Below are positions 12,768 through 23,709 of a stretch of 64,000 nucleotides of DNA, one piece after another (positions within the stretch are counted from its first letter, which is position 1; each line of letters begins with the position of its first letter). This DNA comes from Bdellovibrionales bacterium. GTDB lineage: Bacteria; Bdellovibrionota; Bdellovibrionia; Bdellovibrionales; UBA1609. The stretch spans positions 256,001-320,000 of the forward strand of contig OZ241877.1 in assembly GCA_965203095.1 (NCBI GenBank), given 5' to 3'. Position numbers and translations under genes: made by a program. The notes under the pieces were generated by a model. That model made no database searches. It was not told where the DNA came from and saw nothing but the letters and a program-made list of their open reading frames with translations.

Positions 12768-15700
12768 TTATTTTTGTTTTTTGTCCATACTCTTTTGTGT
12801 TATTTCCCTTTTTTGACTTTTTTTCCGCTTTTTCTTTTTCTTCTTAGGGATTTTAGTAGCATAAATTCGCTTTTTCTGAGGGTTTAAAACCACAAGCCTT
12901 AACTTATCCCTCTCTACTCCCTCCGGTAAATCAAAAACAGCTCTCAAGGGGGAAAAGTTAAATGGTCGCTTTTCTGACCGGCCATTCTCATAAAAAAGCT
13001 CCATCTCCATTTTTAAAATCGGCCTTTTAATCTCCTTTAAAAGGCTCTTCTCCCTCCATAACTGGAAAAACAATGTGGGAAGTTTAGTATTCTGGGTCCT
13101 GGGGTAAAAAGAGGGAGTTTTAAGGGCTGTTCTCCTAAGCCTGATTTTAGGCACAACAAAAGAATTTTCATTAGGGTTATAAAAACCAGATATAATAATG
13201 GCCTTTCTTTTCTGATCTTCTCTGTGAAAAGAGTTGGTTTCGCCAGATAAATCCACTTTTTGATCTATCACCGCTCCGTATTTATGCGATGTCCAAAAGA
13301 TCTTCTGATAAGTTTCCCGATCTATCCACTGTTTCTTAATATCTCCTTGATTATTCATAATGCTCCAGCGTTTTTCGACAAACTCCCAAAATTGTTTGCC
13401 CCTTTCCTCCTAAACTCTTAAAGACCGGGGGATTTGGTATTTATGACAAGCCTCAAAAGGCATCCCCTTAAACCGGCGACAATACTCTATTGGTCCTGTT
13501 TCGGTTTCATAAAACTCTCTTCCTTGGCCTAAGGTATGAGCCAGCTCATGAGCTACTGTTCCCTGATCTACCTGATCTTCCCTCACAAAAGCTACATTCC
13601 AGCTCCCACCAAAAAAATCGCTTACCCAGTTGAAATTAGCATAATCCTCCATATCTAAAACCTCCCACTTAGGGCGAATCACTGTCCCTGCCACTGGCTC
13701 GCCTTCTCTATCCACCTTCTTATTAAAAATAAAATAATCATCGGGAACTACAGCAAAAATCTTGTGATAATGAAAACGGGAGCGGAAATTCTCTAAATTC
13801 CAAACATCCCATAGCAAGCCCTTAGTAATGTCCTCTCTATTCTGAGCTGGTTCCGCATTGCAAGAGCTTTTAATATAATCATAACTTTTTTCTCCTGAAG
13901 TATACTTCAAAGCATAGGACCGGATCATTGAAATGGGAAACATCGAAAAAATATAATCTATCTCATCCGAATCCACAAAATCCCTTACTTTTTGAATAGA
14001 AACCGGATTATAAGCCTTACAACTTCCTCCAGCAAAAAGCCTTGTCCAACCTATGCTTAAAACAGTTGTCTTTACCACATTCACACGAAAAGAACTCTCC
14101 CTTGAACAGGGAGGATAATTCTCATAACCTGATGGATATAACCGAACCTGCACAGAAAGATTTTTCAAAGGTTGATATAAAAAAGCCTCCCTCATCGGCA
14201 AAGGGAAAAACTTGGAATATCCCAAGCTCTCTAAATCCGATAGATTAAAATCACAAAGGTTTTCTTGCCCACTTTCCATCACTCTATCGGGCTGATGGAA
14301 GCAATTATGACGCCAATCTGCCTCACCGTTGATATATAAAGACAAACCAAATTCCGCATTCCAGCTCATATTGCTTTTGTTTATATGAACTAAAACCCCA
14401 GCCGGTTTTCCCCTTACCAAATCATAGTTGTCATAAGGAAAGTTGGCTTGGCTTTTCATTGGTTCTATTTGAGGGGCCTCCACACTTTGAAACACAATAG
14501 CAAATTGAATCTCTGGCATAGAGACAGGGCATTTTCCTGAGTTGTTATCTGTTTGTGCCAACACAATGGGGCCTTCTTGCTCTAAATCACTTGTGCGACT
14601 TCCCTTTAAATTCGGAGAATTAAGCTCAATACTTTTTCCAGAACTTTTATTAGATCTTTTACCAGATATTTTATCTGATGAGGTTTTTTTTAAAAATAGG
14701 AGGGGGATTGGTTCTTCTGCTGTTAAAAGAAGAGTTTGCTGGAGTAGGCTGTCCTGTCCTGACTTGAGCTACTGCTAAGCTCCCTGTTTGAGGTAAAACT
14801 CCACCCCGCTTTTTTTTTCTTGTTTGAGAAAGCCTTTTTTTGGAACTCTTTTTTGATTTTTTTGATTTTAAACTTTGGTTGGACTGGCTGGCCTTTTTCC
14901 CTTTCCCCTCAAGCTTTTGAGAAACCAAGGCTTTGCTCTTTTTTTGAGCTGGTTTAGAGTTTTTTGACTTAGAGGCAGAATGAGACTTTGAAGTAGAGGC
15001 TTTTTGAGCTGTTTTAGAGTTTTTTGCTTGATCTGCCTCTTTTTTTTGCCTTTCAGCCAGTATTTTCTCTAACCGGGCCTGCTCCTCAGCCTCCTTTGCC
15101 CTCAATTTTTCCTCTTTTTGCTTTCTCAGCCTCTCTTCTTCCTCCTCCTTCGCTCTTCTTTCCTCATCCATTTTTTGACTTTGAGCTTGACGGCACATAC
15201 TCAAAGCAAAATTGTTGAGGTAATGAGCCGTCTTTAAACTCCTAATCCCCTCACAACGAACAATATCCTTTGCCTTAAGATCTTCTCTCAAAAGGGATTT
15301 TTTATCTAAACTCTGTTTTTTGTATTTTTCCGCTAAACGGATCATGGCCTCATTACAAAACTTTTGATCAGTTGTTTGATTAGGGGCTGGGTTTTTTGCC
15401 TTCTCTAAAACTTCATCAATAGAGTATTTATTGGGAATGGCAAAACAACTCCTAAAATAATTTTTAAAAGCCTCTAATCTGTTCTCACAATCCATCTCGC
15501 AATTTTCCACCCCAAGATTGCAAACATTAGATTGAATATCGGATAAAGAGCTTATGAGGGTAGAAAGCTGGTTTAACTGGCAAGAAAGAATATCCCCGCC
15601 CGATTCCTCCACACGGCTTAAGCTTTCAGTTTTTAACTGTTGGGCCAAATCCGAACCATAATGTTCCTCACAATCAGAAGGATCCCTACAACAGAATTTA

Positions 15701-15915
15701 ATGTTTTCATAAGTGTTCTCGCAGTATTGATAAATCCCCTTACTCTCTTTTTTGTTTAAAGTAATGTCGTTTAAATGCTTCCAACATTCCTTCTCAACTG
15801 TGCAAGTGTAGCCAGAAGATTTTGTTGGAGTTGTTTTAAAATCTTGAGCTGATGATAAAGCAATGAAAGGGATAAGAAGGAAGGAGAGACAGGAAAAAAT
15901 ATAAGGAGAGGTCAT
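12768..15915 (-). pseudogene. Large secreted Cys-rich zinc metalloprotease-like gene split into three ORFs
   Basis: ORFs 14671-15915, 13410-14564 and 12768-13358 join if one base is removed (probably at the A8 run, 14684-14691) and the in-frame TAG (13410-13412) is read through. Signal peptide, HELAHTLG zinc motif and SIMN Met-turn-like motif. Confidence 0.75.
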
Positions 15916-15921
15916 ATAGTT

Positions 15922-15949
15922 TTATCGGTTTATTAGGAGTAAAACTTTA
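15922..15949 (-). promoter_or_regulatory. sigma28 (FliA)-type promoter
   Basis: Minus strand TAAAGTTT-N12-ACCGATAA, ending 6 nt before the ATG at 15915. Confidence 0.65.
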
Positions 15950-15987
15950 GGATTTTTTGATTTTTTTTGCTTAAACCCCACCACATT

Positions 15988-16060
15988 AAGGGTTCAAGAT
16001 GTTTTTCTCGCGAAATGAGATGGACCTTTAGGCAAAGACACTAAAAAGATAATGCTTTTT
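15988..16060. repeat. Degenerate fragment of MITE subfamily A (reverse orientation)
   Basis: GGGTTCAAGATGTTTTTCTCGCGAAATGAGATGGACCTTTAGGCAAAGACACTAAA resembles the reverse complement of 38620-38680. Confidence 0.6.
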
Positions 16061-16108
16061 TGCAAAGCTTTGTGGGAAGACCCTCTGTTTTCACAGTAAC
16101 CGGCCTTC

Positions 16109-16132
16109 CTGGATTCCCGTTTTCACGGGAGC
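16109..16132 (-). repeat. REP-like palindrome, right copy of the perfect 24-bp inverted pair
   Basis: CTGGATTCCCGTTTTCACGGGAGC. Confidence 0.85.
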
Positions 16133-16199
16133 CCGAAAGCCCAGTTGGCTTTCGGGCAAACTCGGCAAGAGCTGAAAAGCTTGGGGAGCTTTTTGGTAG

Positions 16200-16289
16200 G
16201 TAGTGAGGGTCCAAGGTATTTTTCCCGCCAGGTAAGATGGATTTTTGCTTATGCGGTTTATTAAATGTAGACTTGTATCAGGCAACTAT
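16200..16289. repeat. MITE subfamily B partial copy (reverse orientation)
   Basis: GTGAGGGTCCAAGGTATT..TTTTGCTTATGCG..TTAAATGTAGACTT..GGCAACTA, similar to 31484-31590. Confidence 0.7.
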
Positions 16290-16676
16290 CTAAAATTTTT
16301 TGTATATATGGCGGAGTCCATTATTTTAAACAAATTAGAAGAAGAGACTTACTGATTACATTTGAGATTTCTGGTCAAAACAGAGTCCAGAAAGCAGGAA
16401 TTTTCAAACAAAATCAGTATAATAACTAATCTTCCATGAAAAAATCCAGTCACTATATTTCTTTGTCCAAAGCTGGCCCCATTTTTTGGCCGGGAATATT
16501 TTATAGAAAGAATTTTAAGTCAAAGAAGTGATATTGCAAGCTAAAAGAATTTTTAATAGATAAAACAACATATTTTATTTGAAAATTCAAATCAAGGGGA
16601 AATAAAAGTAAAATATTTTCAAAATTAAAGAAATTTATTTGATTTTAAAAAATATTCTATATATTTTCACAAAATT

Positions 16677-18899
16677 ATGTATTTTATTGCCTTATTTTTT
16701 GGACTTTCGGTTTTACTATCTTGCTCAGGATTGACCCAGCAGTATATTTTGCCCTCTCAATCTCAAACCAACAGAATGTTGCAAGATATTACTTTGCCGG
16801 AAAACCAGCCCAGCCAGCCTTTAGGGGGATATCGTTTGCAAGAACCCAAAAAGCTGACCGAGGCGGAAAAAGACGAGCGGACCCGGAAAAACTCCTTAGC
16901 CCCCATACTCTATAAAAGCCGATCTGCGGGGAATATCAATATGAAAACAGAGCAAGAAACTGCCTTAGATATTTTAAATTTACATTATGCCAGAGGTCCC
17001 CAACATTATTATAAAGAGGGCTTAGTAGTGATATGGAGAACAGATCCCCCTCTTATCCCTCGATTGATTTTCGTTTTGTCTGGCTATCAGGGCACGATGG
17101 ATTTTGGCCCAGCCATTACAGAAGGCCCAAGTAAGAGAAGGGTAGGCCAATCTTTTGCCGATCAATTTAGCTTTGGTGATGTTAAAATTGAACAAGATCC
17201 TAAGGCTATTCGTTTTATCACCTCCCTTTACAAGTATTTAGAAGATAAAAAAGAGGAAAACTGCCTGCAAAGCCAAAAATGCCAACTTTTAATAAATCCT
17301 GAAGGCGATTATATAGTGTTTGGGCTACCCAAAATGGTTTTGTTGTTCGGGAATAATGAAAGGCGACTCTTAACACAAATAGCCATTAAAGCCAATGATG
17401 AACCGGGATGTTTCAAAAATCCTTTTGATCTGATAATGGCTCAATTCCTCTGTGAAAAGGATAGTGATGGCTCCCATTGGACCTTAAAATTAGGAACAGA
17501 ATATAAAACAGTGGTTCAAAAATCGGGTATATCTCAAGATCTCCCCTTAAATTATACTAATAACTTTTTGGTTCAAGCTACAGAATCCACATTGATTGGC
17601 TGGAAAAGAATTGATCTTGAAAAAAAGTCAGAAACAGTGCTTGAAAAAAGCCCTTTACTTTATGTTGGTATGAGTAGCAATTATAACCAACCCTTTGTTT
17701 TGGCTCACTCCTTGATAAAGATTCAGAAAAATAGCTCCAGCACAGTTCAAATGCATTTAGATCCCATAACTGAAAACACAAAAAGGAATGTGACAGTGGA
17801 GGATATTCAGAAAAAACTGGCGAAAGGTGCGGGGCCAGAGGCTTTTTATTTATCCACATCCATGCCTCAAATTAAAGGCAATTACAAGCTTCAAAAAAAT
17901 ATGACAAAAAGTTTATTAGATATGTTGGAGAAAGAATATCTCTCTTTTTACAATGCAAGAGGAGTAAAAGTTAAAGTCTACAAAAAAATTTATGGGGAAT
18001 ACAATGATAAATATGTTCCTGAATCAACAGGGGTCTTAACTTTAAGCTTTCCCACATCCTCAATGGAGTCTTATTCTTTTCTTCCAACACTGCCCCGGTT
18101 GCCCGGCCTTCGAACTCCATTGGATTTGAATCTCCCTACAACCACAGGGAACCCTTATATCTCTGTTTACTTTTCCATAGATCATCCCAGTGGAAATATG
18201 TTTTTAAATATGAGTATAGGTGAAAACGAGTTTGGGAAATATATTTTAAAAAATCAAAAAGCCATCTCCCTCAACCCATCAGAACCCCTTATTTTAAATG
18301 GTTTTTCTCTCGGAGATAAGCTTTATTTGAGAAATCAAAATATAGGTGAGGGCACAGCCATTACAGCTTATCTTGTCGACTCTCAACCTTTGATCGCCTT
18401 AGCGAACTACACTTACGAATCAGAAATGCCTGTCATATATGAAAGTGGAAGAGACAAAAAAATCACTTTTCAAAAAGGGGTGAGCCTTTCAATAAGTGGG
18501 ATGGAGTTCCATATTAACCCCACGGCTCAAAAAAAAGAAATTCAAGGTCAAGTCTTTGATGAATATGAGATCAATGGCATGTTTACAGGTGCTGGTGTTT
18601 TTTTTGAGAGTGTTCAAAATTTGTGTTTTATAAACGACTTTCAAATTAATATGGGGCTGTTTGATCGCTATTTTGAACAAGAACTTAACCAAAAAATTAT
18701 GCAAATTAGATCTGAGCAAAACCCCATGCAGGCACAAGAGGATTTTATCTGCCCTTATATAGCACCTCAGGATCCTTTGTCTTCTGGTGTGAAAAGATCT
18801 TATTTTTTCCCCGATCATTACATGAAATTGCTTTTTTCAGATAGAGAACTATCTTCCATAGGCTTTTATAAAAAACCCTCTAACCAAACAGGTCAATAA
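16677..18899 (+). CDS. Large hypothetical lipoprotein
   Basis: 740-aa ORF; lipobox LLSC; TAATG overlap with the next gene. Confidence 0.8.
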   Translation: MYFIALFFGLSVLLSCSGLTQQYILPSQSQTNRMLQDITLPENQPSQPLGGYRLQEPKKLTEAEKDERTRKNSLAPILYKSRSAGNINMKTEQETALDILNLHYARGPQHYYKEGLVVIWRTDPPLIPRLIFVLSGYQGTMDFGPAITEGPSKRRVGQSFADQFSFGDVKIEQDPKAIRFITSLYKYLEDKKEENCLQSQKCQLLINPEGDYIVFGLPKMVLLFGNNERRLLTQIAIKANDEPGCFKNPFDLIMAQFLCEKDSDGSHWTLKLGTEYKTVVQKSGISQDLPLNYTNNFLVQATESTLIGWKRIDLEKKSETVLEKSPLLYVGMSSNYNQPFVLAHSLIKIQKNSSSTVQMHLDPITENTKRNVTVEDIQKKLAKGAGPEAFYLSTSMPQIKGNYKLQKNMTKSLLDMLEKEYLSFYNARGVKVKVYKKIYGEYNDKYVPESTGVLTLSFPTSSMESYSFLPTLPRLPGLRTPLDLNLPTTTGNPYISVYFSIDHPSGNMFLNMSIGENEFGKYILKNQKAISLNPSEPLILNGFSLGDKLYLRNQNIGEGTAITAYLVDSQPLIALANYTYESEMPVIYESGRDKKITFQKGVSLSISGMEFHINPTAQKKEIQGQVFDEYEINGMFTGAGVFFESVQNLCFINDFQINMGLFDRYFEQELNQKIMQIRSEQNPMQAQEDFICPYIAPQDPLSSGVKRSYFFPDHYMKLLFSDRELSSIGFYKKPSNQTGQ

Positions 18900-21800
18900 T
18901 GAATACAAAAATCACTATATTTATTTGTTTAACTCTCTTTATATTTAGTTCCTGCCGGATAGCTAAGGAGCGACCTATTTTAACAGTTCCTGATGGCAAT
19001 AAAGACCGAATGCTAAAAGAGCTTTTTTCCGGCACAACTGGTAAACCAAAATACTGGTTATCAAAAGTCACTATAGTGGATTCCAGTTTTGAAGGAGGGC
19101 CAGGGTTTGTTAGCTCCCAAAGTGAGGCTAAGTTAGGTTATTTTGAGTTTACAAGGGATAAATTAAAATTCAATAATGCTGTGACGAGGCAAACTTTTGA
19201 AAAACCAGGAATCTCCCGGCAAGGGGTGAGAGAATTGATCAATGAATGGGATATTGAGCATTCGGAATACCGATTAGCGGAAGTGGATGGCTACACCACC
19301 AACAAAGAAGAGGAAAATAATTACATCCCATGGAATAAAAAAAGATATTTCACTATTGACTGGAGTAAAGCGGATATATCTGAAGTCAATACCTTCCCCT
19401 ATATCAATTATCTTCAGAACATAAAATGCTGGATTAAAAAAACCTCCCATGTAATAGACGATTCCCGAAAAATCACTCCCAATTACATTAGTTTTATTGT
19501 AGCTGTGGAGTATGAACAAGGTTCAAAGTGTTTCACTTTAAAAAGATATCAACAGAACAATTTTGTCTCAACAGTTTATTACAAATACTCATTTAAAAGG
19601 GAGAACAGTTTAAAAAATAAAGATTACAGCCCTTATGTTTATGACGGAGAACAAGATCCTTTACTTAAAAAATACGGTTATTTCCGGACAGTCCTTCCCT
19701 CTATAGCAGATGACAACCGGGATAAAAATATTTTTTATATGAACAGATGGAATCCCAATAAAAAACATGTTTTTTATTTTGGCCCAGGCTACCCGGAAGA
19801 GTATAAAGACATTGCTCATGGGGTGATTTGCCACACCAATAAGATCTTAGCTAAAAACAAGCTTAACGATTACCCCTTAGATGGGAAATGCAAAAAGGAT
19901 GGCTCTATTCCTGCTGGCAAGAATGAGACCTGTTCTTCCGGTATTTGTTTTGAATTGCGGGAAAATACAGGGCAAAAATTAGGAGACATTCGTTATTCTT
20001 TTTTCCATATTTTGTCAAAAAGTTCAGGAATTTTGGGCTATGGCCCTTCGGACGCTCATCCCGCTACAGGGGAGATTGTTAGTGGGAATGTTATTTTAAA
20101 TACCTATTACTTAGATTTTTACTTAAAATATTTACTACAAGACCGCTGGAAAAGAGATTGGAAAAAACATTACTCTGAAGATGGCCATCAGATCACAAGT
20201 AGCAAATACAAATATGATAATAGCTCTTTATTTTTAAAAATGAAACAAACTCTTAAAGAAAATGATCACACACTTTGGACAAACACTTCCAAATTAGTTG
20301 ATGAAACCTCAGAAATTCGTCCGGATTTTGAATATCTTATATCTCAACTGACTTTTGGTGACCCCCGTTGGTCTTACTGGACAAGAGGGCAAAACCAGCA
20401 AACAGATATGAAGTTTGATATAGATTCTATTTTTGAGATTATGCCTAAAAAAATTAGAGAACAGGGTCAAAAAATTATTCAGCAGATTCAAACAGGAGAA
20501 AACGGCCGGCAAAATCACGAGAGAAACACAACTGTTTATCCAGTAGAACCTGTAATAGCTCAACTCCCCTCTCTTCTGGCTAATGGAATGACTCCAGAAG
20601 AAATTAAAAAGAAAATATTGTTTAATTTAGCTCTTCATGAATTTGGTCATGTTCTCGGATTAAGACACAATTTTTATGGCAGTTTTGACACTCGCCATTT
20701 TCACAAACACTCACATGATGACAAACAACCTGTCCTAAAAAGCTCTTCAGTGATGGATTATACGATATTTAAAGATGAAGCCGCAGGCCCTTCCCATGCA
20801 GAATTTGGCCCTTATGATGAGGCCGCCTTGGTTTACTCCTACTCTAATGGAGAGATCGACTTATCAAAAGAAAAAAATGAATCTTACCTATTCTGCACCG
20901 ATCACCATCGTTCTCTTAATTTTTTATGCTCTGCTTGGGATTATGGGGGAACTCCTTCAGAAGTAATGATGAGTCTTATTGAGAATTATGAGGAAAGTTA
21001 TTTTATCCGAAACTTGAGAATAGGGAGAGCTTATTGGAACACCAGCTATTACCCTCGTTATATTTTTTCAACCATGTGGAAACTCAAAAAAGCACTTATG
21101 ATGTGGAGAACAGCTTTTAACCACAACCATATATCCAAACTTTTGAGTCAATCTTTGAAGTCATATAAGAATGAAAAAATAAATTTTATATCAAATCAAA
21201 TTCAAAAGGATATTCGTCAAGCTATAAAATTAAATCTGGCTTTTTACAACTCTGTTCTTCAACAACCAGAAAGTGATAGGGATTGGAAGAGTTTTTACGA
21301 TGAGGAATCCGGATCTATAGAAAAGATTGGAATCTTTTGGGACAAATTATTCTCCATGTATTTTTTAATGGGTGATGAAGGATTTTTATACAACCCTAAC
21401 TATTTTTTAGGTTCAGCCAGTTTTTTGACTTACATTGATCAGTTAGGCTTTCGTCAAATGATAGAGGAAATTATGGAAAACACTCTGACAGTTCGTGTAG
21501 ACATGGAACCTTGGTTTATCGGTTTTGGTAGATACCTTTACGCACAAAATGCCTCTAATTATTATAATATTGCTGGAGGCAAAAACTTGTTAGAGAAAAT
21601 TGCCGTGTATTGCTACACTCCTAAGGGTCTAAAAGATCGTTTTGGGATTGACCCTTACTCTTATAAAGTTCGTGAAGACAGCCCACCGGATTTTTTAGAC
21701 ACTGCTGTTGTGAATATGGAAAGGTATATTGATCAAATTACTGATCCCTATTACAAAGGTTCTAATGAAAAATTAGGCATTACTTTTTTTGATGAAAATT

Positions 21801-21982
21801 ACTATGTGGCCTCAAGCCATTTGAACAAATACTCATTCACTATTATTGACAGTATGGTTAGGAATATTCATGCTAAAGGATCCAGCTTGCGTTTGGCTAA
21901 GCAAGATGTGTATGAAATGTTTTCCCTCTATAATTATTTTAAGAAAAACACTATTCCTCAAACTTGCGATAATGGAATTTAA
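18899..21982 (+). CDS. Lipoprotein zinc-dependent metalloprotease (metzincin, EcxA/DUF4953-like)
   Basis: Lipobox FSSC; LGDIRYS, GYGPS..HP.TGEI, HEFGHVLGLRHNF, SSVMDY (Met-turn) and GPYD motifs. Confidence 0.88.
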   Translation: MNTKITIFICLTLFIFSSCRIAKERPILTVPDGNKDRMLKELFSGTTGKPKYWLSKVTIVDSSFEGGPGFVSSQSEAKLGYFEFTRDKLKFNNAVTRQTFEKPGISRQGVRELINEWDIEHSEYRLAEVDGYTTNKEEENNYIPWNKKRYFTIDWSKADISEVNTFPYINYLQNIKCWIKKTSHVIDDSRKITPNYISFIVAVEYEQGSKCFTLKRYQQNNFVSTVYYKYSFKRENSLKNKDYSPYVYDGEQDPLLKKYGYFRTVLPSIADDNRDKNIFYMNRWNPNKKHVFYFGPGYPEEYKDIAHGVICHTNKILAKNKLNDYPLDGKCKKDGSIPAGKNETCSSGICFELRENTGQKLGDIRYSFFHILSKSSGILGYGPSDAHPATGEIVSGNVILNTYYLDFYLKYLLQDRWKRDWKKHYSEDGHQITSSKYKYDNSSLFLKMKQTLKENDHTLWTNTSKLVDETSEIRPDFEYLISQLTFGDPRWSYWTRGQNQQTDMKFDIDSIFEIMPKKIREQGQKIIQQIQTGENGRQNHERNTTVYPVEPVIAQLPSLLANGMTPEEIKKKILFNLALHEFGHVLGLRHNFYGSFDTRHFHKHSHDDKQPVLKSSSVMDYTIFKDEAAGPSHAEFGPYDEAALVYSYSNGEIDLSKEKNESYLFCTDHHRSLNFLCSAWDYGGTPSEVMMSLIENYEESYFIRNLRIGRAYWNTSYYPRYIFSTMWKLKKALMMWRTAFNHNHISKLLSQSLKSYKNEKINFISNQIQKDIRQAIKLNLAFYNSVLQQPESDRDWKSFYDEESGSIEKIGIFWDKLFSMYFLMGDEGFLYNPNYFLGSASFLTYIDQLGFRQMIEEIMENTLTVRVDMEPWFIGFGRYLYAQNASNYYNIAGGKNLLEKIAVYCYTPKGLKDRFGIDPYSYKVREDSPPDFLDTAVVNMERYIDQITDPYYKGSNEKLGITFFDENYYVASSHLNKYSFTIIDSMVRNIHAKGSSLRLAKQDVYEMFSLYNYFKKNTIPQTCDNGI

Positions 21983-22986
21983 TGAAAGTCCTCTCTCCGC
22001 TTATTTTATTTCTTCTATTAACTATTGCTTGGTGGGCTTATTCACCTGCTTTAGCTGATGAGGATGAGCTGGACACAGCAACTTTAGAGCTGGTTTATGA
22101 AAAAGCCACAGAGGATCCCAATCAAATAAAAAAGAAAAAACAGCAGTTTGGCCTGAGTATAGGTTTTCAACAGGTCAATGGCTTTATTGTGAGTGCAGAT
22201 CACATCAGTGAGTTTTTTTTAAAGGGCCTTTATAACTTAAATGAGGAATGGTCTTTTTCTGTCTTACAGTCTTTAAATCGAAACTACTTTTTAAACCCTA
22301 ATAGTGAAGATCAAGGGTTATGGATCCAAGATCCTGTTTTTATCACACAAAGGAGTTTTTTAAAGCTTCCCTTAAATAGCCTCCTGAAAATTGGTCTTTC
22401 CACTACAGCTCCTCTTTCTTACAAATCGCAAATTAACGATATTTTGACTGTCAGCTCAGTTTACTTTAGTTGGAGTTTAAAGTTAGATCCTCTTTTAAAG
22501 TGGCAATCAAAATGGGCCAAAAATTTTGTAATCTTTTTTCAACCTGTGGCTCGTTATTACAGCTCTTTTTATAAAACCAGCCGGACATTGGGGCAAAGCC
22601 TTGGGGGGACTCCTTTACCAGAGTTTTTAACTGGCATTCAAAAAATAGGTTTTAGCTTTGATATTACAGATTATTTTTATTTGACTGGTAGTTATGGGCG
22701 ATGGGTTATTTTTCCCTATAAAACCAAGTATGGGAGAGACTCTTCCAGTAATTATGACTCTTATTATCAAAGGCATTACTATTCGTTTTTTTTAGAGACT
22801 GGTTTAAACATTAAACCCGGATGGGATTTTGCTTTATCCTATTCATTAACAGACAGATTGGACCGACAAGGCCGTATAGAGACTGTTCTTTTTGACGATC
22901 GCTTAAGTTTATGGGCTGTTTCTGTATCTTATAGTTTTGCCTTTGACTCTATCAACTTTAAAGGTTTAAAATCACTTTTAAAATAG
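21982..22986 (+). CDS. Probable outer-membrane beta-barrel protein
   Basis: Signal peptide; alternating aromatic-rich strands (WAVSVSYSF); TAATG overlap with the protease gene. Confidence 0.65.
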   Translation: MKVLSPLILFLLLTIAWWAYSPALADEDELDTATLELVYEKATEDPNQIKKKKQQFGLSIGFQQVNGFIVSADHISEFFLKGLYNLNEEWSFSVLQSLNRNYFLNPNSEDQGLWIQDPVFITQRSFLKLPLNSLLKIGLSTTAPLSYKSQINDILTVSSVYFSWSLKLDPLLKWQSKWAKNFVIFFQPVARYYSSFYKTSRTLGQSLGGTPLPEFLTGIQKIGFSFDITDYFYLTGSYGRWVIFPYKTKYGRDSSSNYDSYYQRHYYSFFLETGLNIKPGWDFALSYSLTDRLDRQGRIETVLFDDRLSLWAVSVSYSFAFDSINFKGLKSLLK

Positions 22987-22999
22987 GAGAGATCTAAAA

Positions 23000-23692
23000 A
23001 TGAAGTCAAATCTTGTTTTGATTCGCCATGGGCAAAGTGCCTGGAACAAAAAAAACCTTTTCACCGGTTGGACCGATGTGGGCTTAAGCCAGGAGGGCAA
23101 AGAGGAAGCTCGCCATGCCGGCCTTTGGTTAAAAAAAAAATCAGTCACTTTTGACATGGCCTTCAGCTCGGCTTTGAAGAGGGCCATTCGGACTATGGAG
23201 ATCATTTTAGAGGAGCTGGGTTTAAGAGATCTTCCTACCCTCAAAGCTTGGCAGTTGAACGAACGACATTATGGGGCACTTCAAGGGCAAAATCGGCAGG
23301 AGGTAATTGATAAGTATGGGGCGGATCAGGTTCAAAAATGGCGAAGAGGTTTTAAAACTGTTCCCCCTCCTCTTCAGGCCAAACAGCATTTTGCAGGGAG
23401 TGATTTGTATAGAGGGATTAAACAAATTCCTCTTGCAGAGTCTTTGGAAGACACACAAAAAAGAGTCCTTCCTTTTTGGGAGCAAAACATTCTGCCTCAA
23501 ATAAAAGAGGGGAAAAACATTTTGCTTTCTGCCCACGGGAACAGTTTGAGAGCTTTAATAAAAAATCTGGAGAATATATCGGATGAACAGATTGCCTCTG
23601 TGGAGATCCCTACAGGCCGGCCATGGATCTATCAGTGGGACAGTCAAAAGCATACTTTTTCAAAAACTAAAGAGTTTTTTAAAGGTGACTAA
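23000..23692 (+). CDS. gpmA: 2,3-bisphosphoglycerate-dependent phosphoglycerate mutase
   Basis: LIRHGQS.WN..NLFTGW.DV, LNERHYGALQG, AHGNSLRAL. Confidence 0.97.
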   Translation: MKSNLVLIRHGQSAWNKKNLFTGWTDVGLSQEGKEEARHAGLWLKKKSVTFDMAFSSALKRAIRTMEIILEELGLRDLPTLKAWQLNERHYGALQGQNRQEVIDKYGADQVQKWRRGFKTVPPPLQAKQHFAGSDLYRGIKQIPLAESLEDTQKRVLPFWEQNILPQIKEGKNILLSAHGNSLRALIKNLENISDEQIASVEIPTGRPWIYQWDSQKHTFSKTKEFFKGD

Positions 23693-23709
23693 ATTTGAGG
23701 ATATGGTTT

